From positions 88,226,001-88,290,000 of the forward strand of contig OZ320316.1 in the NCBI GenBank assembly GCA_976226885.1: a stretch of 64,000 bases of DNA, in the 5' to 3' direction. The position numbers and the translations under genes were made by a program. Shown one piece after another: positions 1 through 12,400 of this stretch (position 1 is its first letter; every line of letters starts with the position of its first letter). The notes under the pieces were generated by a model. That model had not been told where the DNA came from. It was given only the letters and a program-made list of their open reading frames with translations, and did no database searches. The stretch is from Iphione sp. A-MEVVRFRX5 (Eukaryota).

Positions 1-584
1 CAGTAAAACTTTAATCTAAGTCACCGTGTGCTCTTCTGGCTGTGGCTGTGCCCCGCAGCTCCTATTGATATGAGTGATGATGTGAAAATTTAGGTTAATT
101 TGCTTAGAATTCGAAGCACAAATAGGGAAGAAGGAGTTGAAGCACCACTTTAGTACCCTATGGATGACCATCTATATTTCTTTGCTGCATGCCCCTGGTC
201 TCATTTCAGATGCTTAAGATACCATCGTACTGTTTCACAGGTCTACCGAGTGGATACGAACGTGTCCTGATTCTCTACCTCAGATTTTCCAATCAACACA
301 CATTTACACCTCTCACATGCCTCTCCACAGAAGACTACATGCGTATGCCTTGGCTGCTTGCTTATAGGAAGTACCACTGGCCCACGGCAAGCGAAGGCGT
401 CGCGCCTGGCCTGCCACCCCCGCAACTATTGTGGTACAGCCCAGTGGCTTGAAGTGTGTCGTGATCGTTGATTGGCTGTTGGCGTGGGCTGTGTGTTGGG
501 ACCAGCACGTGAAACCCAGGCGGTGAGCATTGGCAGCCAGCAAGTACGGCAGGCGGACACGTGCTGGCAGCTGGTTCGCTGCCA

Positions 585-617
585 CAGCAGCAGCAGCAGC
601 AACAGCAACAGCAGCAG
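585..617 (+). repeat. Imperfect CAG/CAA trinucleotide repeat (11 units)
   Basis: (CAG)5 CAA CAG CAA (CAG)3 read directly. It would encode poly-Q, poly-A/T, poly-S, poly-L or poly-C depending on frame, and no flanking frame gives a recognisable protein. Confidence 0.95.
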
Positions 618-2907
618 GAACGCCGACAACAGTTGCAGCTTACGCCGCGGCGTCTACCGCCGTTCCAGCGACGGGGTGGCATCGCAGGCTAGTGTCTCAT
701 CCGTCAAACCTGTTGTCGCGGGCAGTAGGCGCAGAGCGGCGGAGTTGTCTAACTACACTCTCTGTAGTCAAGCCCTGGTCCCATTGTGCTCTGTCCAAGT
801 CAGTGCTGGTAGATGACCATCAATCATCCGAGTTAAGACGGTGGTACACCGAAGCCGGAGATACATACCTCTGAGATGGCGCGGTAGCGCCAATGTGCAT
901 GCAATAGCTCTCATACATTCCCATCCTGTGGTCTCCTTTCACACGAGCTTGGGAGCTTAAGCGCTTACCATATAGCGGCACCTTTGGAAGTACCATAGCT
1001 GTCTGTTCTGACTACTCAGCTTAAGAATATCCTCAACCAGTGTGACAAATGGAGTTGGTTTCTTATACCAATCATCCGGTGTCAAGGATCTTGCATATAC
1101 CGCCTTAGACATTTGAGAGTTTTGGACAAAATCTCGGAGTACCCAATCCAACAACAAGGTTACTCTACCAGAAAGCGTCGGTCTCTTTTGATGTAAGTAT
1201 AGAATACAATAAAAAACATTAAAGCAGGTCTTAATCTCTGAGCGATACTTACAACTCGGGTATAATACCCTTTGACGAGTATAATCCCTACTTGGGTAGC
1301 ACTGAAGAACGGGAGAACATGGGGACAGGGAATACATTTAAAGGGGCCTCTATTGAAAGGGAGTTGGACACGCCTCTATTGTGGTAGGTAGAGGTTTTAC
1401 AAAAAAAGACGTTTACTCCTCTCGAGTGAGCCGTCCAAGGCCTTTAAAATAGACTAACAGGACTCTTTTTACAACACGAGTGGCAGTGTCCTGCAGGGCT
1501 ACCACGCCCAGGTGTGATATTGCTTATTGTCGACGATAGTGATGAGAAACCAACCCACCTGTCAGGTATGGCTCGACGGGAGCTGGTTTGAACATCCTTG
1601 GGTGACATTTGTGGCTTGAAAGGTTGACAAGGCGGGTTTTCGATGTGTTGAGAACGAAATGCAGTATAGTACAAACACCCCCATTGATAATATATCAAAA
1701 CATAACTGTTAAAAGTAATTCAGAGAAACTATACCATGGTGTGTCTCTCTCTTCGGCAAAACCGACCTATCAGATTACGTACGTCATGTACTTCTTCTAA
1801 AGATAATTATTGATATAGATATGAGTTTGATGTGCAAACATATTGTGACTGATAAATTATGCTTGAGTCGCTCACTGTTCGTCTCAGGTGCTCACCGATG
1901 AGGTGGCCCTGACCTTGAGGGTGGGTTGACTCCCGCTGTCTTGCGCTTCATACCTCCCTCCTCTGGGCGGTGCTCCAAGCTAATCATCTTGAGATGCAGT
2001 GAGTGCAGCTTGTATATATGACGTGCTATGTTTGAGCCTGGCTCGATATGAAACCACGGACCATTAGATCGGTAATGATGGTGGCTGATTGTGCTGGACT
2101 GTAGGGTGATTAGTGTCCACCGCCATTAAATCAATACACGCCTGACGGAGGCGCCCGCACCACACGGGAAGACGCCAGGCCGGCCACCAAGATGATTACC
2201 GGCGTATAGGCGCGGCCGCTCAATAAGGATTAATCAGCCTACCGCCCCTTTACAACCATTACCACCACTGCCATGGCCAGCGGTATGAACACTGCCAGCG
2301 CTCTCGTCACCAATACAGGATGACCAGCAAGCAACCTGGCCTCCTGCAACCTGAGAGACAACAAATCAGCAATTACAGTTCCATCGTGCTCACCCATACA
2401 TGTGCCTATGTTCGTAAACACGTTTATACCTCCGCACGTAGAGCGGCATGGTTTCTTATAGGCGCCATGTTCCTCACGTCGTGGTACGCTATTGATAGCT
2501 TCATGGGCACCCAGGGAATTCCATTTCAATTATTCAACGTAGACACGAACACAAATGCCGTCATCTCAAGTAGTCGTCATAATTATTCACACCAAATGAA
2601 AAGTACGCCGCTGGCAGCAGAACAACAGACCCTTCCATCCAATATCGCCAAGGCTTCCCTGGAGTCCCTCCCGCACTCTACGGTAGGCCGTAGCCCCAAT
2701 AGAGATGGAAAGGAAAGAAATCAAAGAAAGGGGGGGTGCTTTTCTTTTGGGGGGCGGGGGAGCGTTCTCGACCAGGTATGGCGTTATAGATTGGATATCG
2801 GGCGAAGCAGACGCTGTTTGGCGTTGTTTGTATTGGAGGCCATCCAGCGCCGAGCCATAATCCAGGCAGGGCCAGCCGGGATGGTTGGCGCATGTCAGGT
2901 GATGCAG

Positions 2908-3206
2908 TTACTCGGGGTCGGGGCAGATGCAGCGGTCGGACTGCCTCCATAGCCACCACGCGAACCCGGGGCGGTAGACAGCCAAGAGGCAGGGGCCGGG
3001 TAGTCTATACCTATGGTCCAAACCGGGCAGTGCGCCAGCCGCGGGCTGCACTGATCCGATTTTGTGGCGCCTCCTTTGTGGGCGATGACCTAGCCTTTTG
3101 TGGTCGGCCAACGGGCCGTCTTGCCGAATCCCTTTAGCGTTCTCTGCCATAACAACCGTCGAAGGAGAAGGGTGAAGTACCCGCGAGTCAGACAGCTGCA
3201 GTATTG
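2908..3206 (-). CDS. Candidate terminal coding exon of a small minus-strand gene model (exon 3)
   Basis: Pyrimidine-rich acceptor ccgtcttccattctacag with AG at 3208-3207. The phase-1 entry keeps ORF 2908..3330 open to TAA at 2910-2908 (AILQLSDSRVLHPSPS...CICPDPE*). No homology recognised. Confidence 0.25.
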
Positions 3207-4966
3207 CTGTAGAATGGAAGACGGAGCTGGTTTGGTTGTAACGGTTTTTTATGTCGTAGTTTTTGGTCCATCCATTGAACGTGTGTGGGTTATTTTTTGT
3301 ACATGTACTTCGTTCATGTAACATAGACATGTTATAGCCTACATCTAAATGCAGATCTACTCATCTCAAAATGTCGATGTATGTGCGGACGTAGATATCT
3401 GCCGGCGCGGGCAGTAATATTCCCCTCCTTACCGCTTTGTTATTAGACTAGATGAAATCAATATAATCTATAGAGGGATATCGTGACCGGTTGTAATAGG
3501 GACCATCTACCCGCCAGCAGTCCTGGGGGGCGCGTTTACTCTCGTCTGTGCCAGGCAGATATCTTCTGCTTTCACGGTCAGTCCAGACCTTGACTCCCCG
3601 GAGTTTAATATCGGAGCAGCCTGCGTCCACCTGACTGCCTTATCGCTAAGGTGACAGGGACGTTAGTGTACTTGAAGCGCGATGAAGATCAAAAGATGGC
3701 CGTTGATTGCCAGTTGCACCCCCCACCTGGCATCCAAAACGCAGGCTTGCGTTGACCGTGTATTGAAGAAAGGCAGCAGCCATTCCCCAAGGAGCCTTGC
3801 ACTCTTAGTGATAGCATTATGCAATGTATGTATTTATAATCGTCCCATATATGTACTGTCATGGAATAGAAAGGTATGAGTGTGGTATGTATCACTGTTT
3901 GAAAGCGGATTGCACTTTGTAGAGAACGGAGCAATCTATGAATGCATGTACCAGCACGAGCCGAATGGTGCGGTTGTCCCTCAGCACTTTGAAGGTTCGG
4001 TATTAAATTGTTTACGAAAGGCAATGCTGGTCTCATTTAATGCATGCACTAATTGTTGTGCTGCATTATAGATGTGACAGTAACGAAGGTAATATGCCTT
4101 ATCATCACGCTACCTATTCGCTCCGTGGACGCAGATTTTATCTTCGCTGCCCACCCTACAGCCTTCATTACTCTATGTGAAGGCATTTTACTGCGGGAGT
4201 CGCAATGGCTTGGGCACGGTCCAAGTTAAGCTGGCACCACTCCTTATCCGTATCGTCGAACCTAAATGGAAAAAGGCCTCATATTCGGATTTTGGTTGTA
4301 CGAGTGAGTAACATGGATAAATGGTTCCCTGCACACATTTTGCATCTAACAGCTTTAGGTTAAGTACACCATCCACGTTTATCTAGAACTGTAGAAAGGT
4401 TTTATATCATACAGGGAAGTTCAAGTAATGTCACCTGTTAGTCAAGCTGTGTACAGTGTTTGGGCCTCATTGGAGGGGCTAAATATACAAAAGAAAGCAT
4501 TTGTGTTTTTTTTATTTGTCGGTGAGAATAACCAGGCAGAACAATTCTATCCTTACTGAATAGTTTGTCTGCAGACTGGCAAAGTTGTTTTTCGAAGATT
4601 GCTTTCAATCCATTTATTGAATAAAGCTTTAAAAACCAAGCCTTTGTAAACCTACCTTTCATTGTCGTAGTAAATCGTGCAGGTTAAAGGAATCTAGGGC
4701 ATTGTCGACCCTTCTCCTGGAAGCCATGGGCATGCTTTCATGCTCAATTTCACACCCATGACTGCGCTGAATAAAAGCTTGTTTTTCAATGGTTTAAAAC
4801 TTAAGCGAGTCCAGTATGCTGGCACGGCAAGCAGCAGTCAATTCCCTCGGGTACCGCCTTTATTGTTGGCACATGCGTGCTTGTATAGATCTTTAAAATG
4901 GCACTGCCATATTTCACCGAGCCTCCCCAGGTTGTCTTTGATCGATTGCCGATAGCTGGTACTCAC

Positions 4967-5011
4967 CTGCCAGGTGTGCAGCAGCGATGCCGGCGTGGGC
5001 GGCCGAGGGCA
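4967..5011 (-). CDS. Candidate 45-nt symmetric exon (exon 2 of minus-strand model)
   Basis: Acceptor gtttcctgccag (AG 5013-5012) and a consensus donor CAG|GTGAGT at 4966. The phase 1-1 reading is VPSAAHAGIAAAHLA. The polypyrimidine tract is short. Confidence 0.35.
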
Positions 5012-5163
5012 CTGGCAGGAAACCTACTATTCTTACCACAGACGTAGGGGTGGGTAGGACGTCCGTTCAACCCATGCAGCTCCGGATATTTTTTTCACAA
5101 CGCATAATTGCATGGAATGGTATGAACAACGCAGCTACTTTCAGCAGTGCCTCTCCCACTTAC

Positions 5164-5323
5164 CAATTTGTCCTCCGGTAATGTCACCGTGTCTTCGTTC
5201 ATGTATATACCTGCATAATTTCAGCGGTTTAATTGACAGGGCACTGATTCCTGAAGGAGTCCACACACCTTTTATGAGTAGTATAACGAAAGGTCGGTAT
5301 AGATTCAGATAACTCACGCGCAT
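5164..5323 (-). CDS. Candidate first coding exon of minus-strand model
   Basis: ATG at 5323 (ORF 5141..5323) lies about 25 nt downstream of the predicted TSS. Consensus donor TTG|GTAAGT at 5163 in phase 1. N-terminus MRVSYLNLYRPFVILLIKGVW is mildly hydrophobic. Confidence 0.3.
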
Positions 5324-5344
5324 GCAGCTGACCGTGTTCCTCTT

Positions 5345-5560
5345 TAGAATGGATGAGGGCGTTGCCTCTTTTATACGGGCTTGCGCTGCCAGATGTGCCC
5401 CCCTCCCTTTCCTCTCGCCTGCCTGTCATGGCCGCTGTGGGGGTGTTCCAGTAGGTGCACGTTTGTCCGCGGGAGGGCGCATCCCACGCGCGCGTGACGC
5501 CCGGTCATAATGCGCCCCTCTAGGACCGTGGCGCCCGACTGCCTGACGTAAACCAACCCC
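5345..5560 (-). promoter_or_regulatory. Candidate TATA-box Pol II promoter with upstream CpG-rich patch
   Basis: TATAAAAG on the minus strand at 5375-5368. Inr-like CCATTCT has its A at 5350. CpG-dense GC-rich sequence lies immediately upstream (5380-5560). Confidence 0.4.
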
Positions 5561-7529
5561 ATCAGTGCAGCCTACCAGCCGGCCAACCCCCCTACACTCA
5601 TGCCATGCTCTTCAATTCACCGAGCACACATCTAGATGCTAGACCACACATCTATCTAAAAGCTGATTGTCAGGCCTCTACCGTCTGTGTGTACCTAGGT
5701 CCTACTCTCTCCCGGCTGCAAGCACCAGTCTTGAAGTCAGTATCCATCTCCTTCACCCTCTTATGTCTAAGTGCGCTTTTTGAAGCAAGAGCAGCAGCTT
5801 TTTACTTCGGTACGCTTTATCTGGAGAAACTATTGTATGGGAACAAACACGCTCTAAAACAGCGTCTTTTATTGGTACATAGAATGGTGGGGCTTGAAGC
5901 GGTCGTCCATCCACTCGCCTGCATTCCGCCTTGGCTGGAAACTCTCCAAAGGCCGAGAGCATCGTTACTCACGGTAGGCCTATTCTTCATCTAACATTAA
6001 TAATGCATTCTCATACGAGTATTTAAACAAACGGCCAAAATGTAATTAAACACGGAATGAACTGATGACATGCTATCATCAATGTTTGTTCTTAGGCTGT
6101 CCGTACTGCAGCTAATTGGGCGGAGGCAGCATGAATGAGAGCCGAAGAACTGCGAATAAATTCTAAGTTCATGTAATTATTTTCGTCTATCCTGTATGTG
6201 TAGATGGACCTTCTATGTGAATTATTGACGTGCACATCTCTAATTTGTGCGGCACTGAGAATGTGCCGATAAAGAGAAGAAATCAATTGTGATCTCATTT
6301 TTTCCCTATTCGGATGGCGAACACTCCCATTCCTCTTCAGGATGGCTCTTGTTGCGAGGCAACGTAGAGAGCCTCTCGTAAGGCCATCTTGGATACGGCC
6401 ACCTGCAACCTCCACGGTGCGCCTACAACCGTTAGTACCACTTACAATCCACGACCAGGATGGAGGGCCAAAAACCAGGTGTGTCTGTGCATGGACCCTG
6501 GAGGAAATGATCAATACTTTTACCGCTCAGGTGTGGTAGCGATGTGATGGTAATGGTAGCTCAGGTAGAACAACGTTCTCAGATGGAGGGTCCTCAGAAG
6601 TCGCTTCCTCTGCGTACTTCTATATACATGTAAAGGGACTTAAGATCTGGATGGCGCAAATAGACATGTGTAAGTATGGGATATATAGGTAAACCAACGG
6701 GGCAACAATGCAGTTCACAATATTGTGGGCAGATGTAGTCAGTCTGCAGTCTCATAAATTCTTCAACTGGACTGAGCGGGTATTTACGCCCTTATTACAA
6801 TATTCCATTACTATACTCCTGAGAGTCAGATAAAGCTAAATTTGAGGACGCCACAGTGTCATTAGAGCAAGCATGATATGTTATCAGCCCTTCGCCAAGT
6901 GTTAGTTAATGTCCAAAGTAATGAATGGCCAGGCCTCTTGATGGCGGAGAAAATAATGAACTTGGCGAATTCGAGGTGGTTATTTGTGTCGCAACCAACT
7001 CGGTTTTCAGCACAATTTATGGCTTACCGATTTTTATCACGGCATGCAACAGAGTGATCAGTTCTCGTGATATGTCTGCTACGACCACCTCCGTGCACAC
7101 GTTTTGCGAAGCTTTCAGCAGCGGTCAGTCAGCAAAAAACATCAAAACTTATATTTGTTTGATAATTTCGAGCGACAGACCTGGTTCAACTGTCATATCA
7201 GGGTCTATACTTTCCATAAAATCGTTCCATTAAATCTCTCTGAGTGAAGATTTCCCCGTCCGTATGCGCCATGCTTAAAAGGGAAACCGTGGAAGAGCGT
7301 GACATTTATGAACACAAATGACCCTTTCCCAATGCCAATATTTGTCTCTCGGTGCAGTTAATTATAGTGTCTTTTAATGTTTATTTTTACGAGCACGAAA
7401 TCATCCTAAAATGTGGTGGGTCTGACAGTCGCTGGTTCAGCCATAAATTGAGAGTAATATTTCGTGAACTCATCGGGTCGGTGACAATACCAGGGAGGGT
7501 TGGGGCGAAACTTTCGTTACATCCTCCAG

Positions 7530-7677
7530 TCCATTATAGCTTAAGGTCCAGGCATCGCCCATTGCATGATGACGGGAGCAGCTTTTTACTTGACATGCCA
7601 GGCAGAGCGGCCAGACGTCGGAGCAGCGACGATGCAGACCGCGCACCCGGGCGGGCGGGAGAGAAAGGCGGCCACCG
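7530..7677 (+). CDS. Candidate plus-strand exon (internal from 7530, or first coding exon from ATG 7595)
   Basis: Acceptor ctttcgttacatcctccag (AG 7528-29) and donor CCG|GTAAGA at 7678. Open frame ...HYSLRSRHRPLHDDGSSFLLDMPGRAARRRSSDDADRAPGRAGEKGGH(R), ending in phase 2. CpG-rich. Confidence 0.3.
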
Positions 7678-7753
7678 GTAAGATGCTTAAGGCCGTAGCT
7701 GGCTCAGGTAGCTAGCTGTTCAGTAGTAGAATCACACGCCTGCGGGCACTGGG

Positions 7754-7795
7754 CTTTATACTGGCGTGCGCGGCTTACTAATGACTCTATAAATC
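7754..7795. promoter_or_regulatory. Back-to-back TATA-like elements
   Basis: TATAAAG on the minus strand (7760-7754) and TATAAAT on the plus strand (7788-7794), at the edge of a CpG-rich patch. Each has one mismatch to TATAWAWR. Confidence 0.2.
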
Positions 7796-9420
7796 TGACC
7801 AGGAGTCACCTGGAACCACGTTCCTTACATAACCAGAACGCTAAATAGCCATCGTCGTCCACTGTATTATTCTGGTCAACACCTTATGCTAATGTTATAG
7901 TGTAATTATGAACTACAGGTGTTAGGTGTCGGTTGTTAACATTATCGCTATTATGCTAATTATATCCCTGTACAGGATATTGTATACCAATTATTTAGGA
8001 CAATGGACACTGATGCGCACTCAAATGTTAAATGCCATGGTCAATGACTCCTCCGCGCCACACATATGTATACGTGTATGGAATATTGATGAGGCGCACG
8101 CGACCAACACACAATGATTACCTTGTACTATTGAGTACGCTCTTGCCAATATCAACGACAGCAGGTAGGACAAAGGTCACTTGACCACCGGGAAAGGGTT
8201 GCGATGCGCCGGGCGCCCTTTAGCGAACCTACCTCCTACTATTGTGCCTTTCATAACCTGGAGCTCTGCCTGTGTTCATCAATCTTGCTTTCCCTTTCGA
8301 CAAGAATTGCCAACGGCGCCGGAAGCAGCTCCCTCTCTATCCATCTCTTATCCTCGGCGCCCTTCCCGGGTGGTCCACATAGATCTACTCCAAGATCGTC
8401 GTATCTTGGCCACAAGTACGTCGCTGCTCGCCCGATGCTCAGCAGCTTACACGTGACGTCTTCACTATCATTGTCACTGTCCGGAGGCCATTCAAGCGAC
8501 CGATCCATCTCTCTCTAATGTCATTAGCTTCAAATGCTGAAATGTTCAATGGTATCATTGCTTTGACCAAAAATGCCCAGTTTCCCTATATGTCCGGTAG
8601 CCTCCAAATTGTATAGAACCTTTAAGGTGGCATTTATTCCATGAGTATGAGAAATTATCCCTTTTCTCCAATGAACGCCATTTTCCAAACTACTTTGCAC
8701 ATAATTATGGCTGGTGCATTAAAGCTGTGTTTGAGTATATCTGTCGATATTTGCTTCGTTTTAAAGGAAGCGCTGCCAAGTCAGACAGTGCCTTCATGGA
8801 TCCAGTTGCTATGTGTGCTCTCTGCGTCTTGTGAGTGACAAAATGGACTTCGCTTGTTTTTCTCCACACGTATGGATCTACAAACCAGTATAGGATCTCA
8901 TACAAAGTAGACCCAGATTTCAGAAAAGAGATGGGTAGGAAATACGCAGAGAGGGTATACAAAAATACCCATATCTGGTAGTTCAAGATATTCATTTGGA
9001 AATGTTACGCAAGCTTGTTCCAATACGTATACATTGCACATAAATTTAGCAAGACCATGTGATTTTTACATAAATTTGCTACAAATATGTACTCATACAT
9101 AAACACATGCGCTTACACATATACATGTTATTGTATACATGTACGTGCTTATTCCTAAAACATACATACGTATACGTATGTACATCTACATATATATTGC
9201 CAGGCTGTCCCCTAATGTGCTCGATCTCCTAAAGAACATGCTCACGCGGGGCACCCACTCCATGTCACCATGTACATATGGAAACCCAGCCTAAGATACA
9301 TTGCACTTTCATAATAGAGCTACTTCCACATGCAAAGGTGCAATTGGGACTCCCCAAACAAATTAAGGCTATTGCTAGCATTTATCCAGTGCACCAGACA
9401 TGTAAATGTGGGCAGCTGAC

Positions 9421-9447
9421 ATCTCTCTTCGACACTCCCAGGTGAGA
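9421..9447 (+). other. Candidate recursive splice site (acceptor immediately followed by donor)
   Basis: atctctcttcgacactcccAG|GTGAGA: pyrimidine tract, then YAG ending at 9441, then GTGAG. Confidence 0.2.
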
Positions 9448-12400
9448 GGCAGTCGCCATTCGCCAGTTTTGGGTATACACTTCAGCCATGAACATTCAAA
9501 GAGGGCCTGGTGGGGATAGTACATCTACCGAGTTCAGGGCAAAGAGGTCTCTGGCAGGCGAGATGCTGACAGGCGGGGCACCCAATGCGTAGCCGGGGCA
9601 CGGCGCTGTACTCTAGTGAATAGCAGTGCCGCTGAAGGGCCGCTCCCATACGAGTGTTGTTTACACTCCCACTTCCCCATGCCTAGTCGGGTTACACTCT
9701 GAATAAATAATAATTTTCCGAATTTCCTTGCCATTGCCGGAGCCTTGCTTTCACAGCCCGAATGTCCACAACCGCAATGAAATGTGCAAACCCTGCTGCT
9801 GGCCGACCGGACAGCGACAACAGCAAACACGCCCCAACACTCCTGGGGGCTCAATCACTATCTAGGAAATTGATTTTTGTGCCAGTCAATATTTTGTGTA
9901 AATAACTGTCTTGTTGGAATAGTATTGGTTGGTGACCGTTAGGCTGCCATACCCGCCGCACGGCGTGCCTGTGGGCCTACGGTCAAGGAGGCGACTACAT
10001 CAACGGTCACAGCCTGTAGTCCCTTTTTATGGTGTGACCACAAACATGTGTGGGGATAATCAGTGCATGTTTTGTCATGAGGAAAACCACACGCGCAGCT
10101 GAGCTTGCCATATTCATTACCCTCACTGGCATGTACACCAAGACGCGCAGGGTCAACGGAGTTTGACCCCATATTACTAAGCAGAGCACTTCAAAGAAAT
10201 GGAAGCATATATTCTTATACATCGACGAACTAACTGCAGCTGAACTAATCCATATATGCGTGTGGTGTTCTTAGATGTATTACCTTCGTGAAGCATGATA
10301 TCAGGCAAAGTGTATTATGATGATTAAGAAGGAACGTACCGGTAGACACAAGGAGCAAGAGTTATTTTTGGAGTAGAGATTAGAACAAGAACCATATATG
10401 ATTGTTTGCAATAGGGATCCATCACTAGCTAATCAGACCTTGAAAGGCCCGTGGATGCGCCTTGTGGCGCCTTGAAGATAGTCTAGGTCGTATCGTGTTC
10501 CAGTAAATAAAGGTCCATATAGGACTCGTAAACACATCGACAAGCATACTACCAGCACCTCTCCAACATGTATTTACTCTTATGTAGACGCCCCTGTGTG
10601 TCCTTGAATGTAGGGCCCCAGTTAGGGATCGTTTTATCAGTCAATTGGAGACAATAATGAAAGGATGCAAACATCAAATATCGTCACCATTTATTACCAA
10701 AGAGAATTTTGAAATATTGAGGGAATCAATCTAAAATATTGCCACCACCTGAGGGATGACACTTGGTAATTGTCCTCGCTCTATTTGTTACAACCAAAAG
10801 GAAAAAAAACTGGCATAATTTGGTCGCGACGCATTTTTCAGGGAAGACCGACTACTATCTACGCGAATTTCCCACTCCGTGAGGAGGAGCTGAAAATCTT
10901 GTCAGAAAGGGCGTTGTTATACCAAAATAGTAATTATTACTATCTAGGTTAGACAGTTCACATTACTGAACGAACGGTATAGTCTCCATGACAGCAGACT
11001 TATCATCACTCCATTATATGTCGCAAAATACCAGCATTGTCATCCAAATCAACAGCGTAAATCGTACCATTATAAAGATTGTGCTTCATTAGGTATCAGC
11101 AATTTCCCTGTTCCGATTAGTGAATGCAATGCCTTGGTACGCAGTGTAACCCCCTGGCCTTACTTTTTAGTCCAGGTTGGTTTCATCGCCTTCATGCTTC
11201 ACTTCATGTATTCATGGGGGCGTTTAATTCCCCAGTATTCTAAAGACGATTTGTGGCTCAATATTTGGCGGGCTTGGCAAAAAAGAAGCTCACAAACCAA
11301 CAGCCTGTGTATAGATGGTCTAGAAAACATTGTGGGAGGAGGGAACTATGTAAGTATAAAGCCTGAGTGTAATGCTTATTCACCGACCTTTTCTGCTGCT
11401 TATTCAGTTCTAGATTAATAGTGTTGCTATGGAGGTCCTCGCGGCACTCTTATTCAAGAGTCGGCCCAGCTTTGATGCTATTGTCGTCGTCTTGAGCCAT
11501 GTTGGGATGACACAAAGCAGCCGTGCGAAAGGAAAAGTCTCCCTAGCTGCGGGACAAGGGCCATTCCAGACAGATTATAATGCATGGACCAGATAAAATA
11601 TCGCATGTTTTGTAGACTTGACATATGGCAGCATAGCCGAGGCCATAGATGATGTCATATTAGAGAGTTCTCACTGGTCACCATTTACGCTGAATTATGT
11701 ATAGGGCCCCGGGGCAGTAGGTCACACGTATAGTGTCATGTCCAAAGTAGAGCCAAACCGTCTTGTCTGGTGTCGGTGATGCATAGAAACATCCCAAATT
11801 GTTTCTTCGTACGCCCATCATTGAATCATCAAGGCGAATACTACATGAAGCACCATAGGCTTAAATATTAGAAAGGTATGTAGATATATGTACATATAGC
11901 TTAGAGCATCTGATAGGTGTAACTATGGGGAATTTGTCGTCGTTTCGTCTCTTGATACTAGACGAAATATACTCTGTCGACCCGCAGAATTTCCAGCGCT
12001 CAACATCTCGAATACCAAATTGAAATAAAAGTAAACAAAATTGGGGATCCTCAAAATACTTCCACATATTAGTTTGAATTAGTCGATACTTTGACTTCGG
12101 TAGGCATTTTGCTCGTCACAACAGAGATTAACTTGCAAAATACAAATCAAAACTTTGATGGGTATGTGTGCCAAAAGGCAGGTCCTACGCCTTGAAATAG
12201 TTAATTCATTGGAATATTTTCTGTAAATGGAAGATACACATCCATAACAAGAAACAGAACTCTGCCTGGATCTGTATCTGAAAACATGGTACAAGTACCG
12301 CTGTCCGCCACATCACATCAAAATGAGAGTGACATTTATGTCATCCCGATGAAAACAGACATAAAATAGCAACAGTAATATATGTAATGTGAAAGTCTAA

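Noticed and set aside
1-25. cagtaaaact... resembling a Tc1/pogo terminus
   Set aside because: At the window edge, so the TA target cannot be seen, and no partner end was found.
1481-1500. tggcagtgtc resembling the miR-34 5' end
   Set aside because: Only the first 10 nt match and there is no hairpin. No other conserved miRNA (let-7, miR-10, miR-100, miR-125 etc.) was spotted by eye.
2320-2952. Longest ORF (210 aa, +)
   Set aside because: No recognisable domain. It runs through G-runs and motif-like sequence, has no convincing splice or promoter context, and overlaps the minus-strand model.
3393-3564. 11-bp inverted repeat agatatctgcc/ggcagatatct
   Set aside because: A couple of such pairs are expected by chance at this spacing, and there is no TSD.
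5511-5525. CTCF-like motif
   Set aside because: An extra C in the core breaks the consensus spacing.
11175-11348. Possible plus-strand exon (acceptor near 11174, donor GTAAGT near 11349)
   Set aside because: AT-rich codon usage, weak exonic side of the donor, and phase 0-0 incompatible with the flanking candidates.
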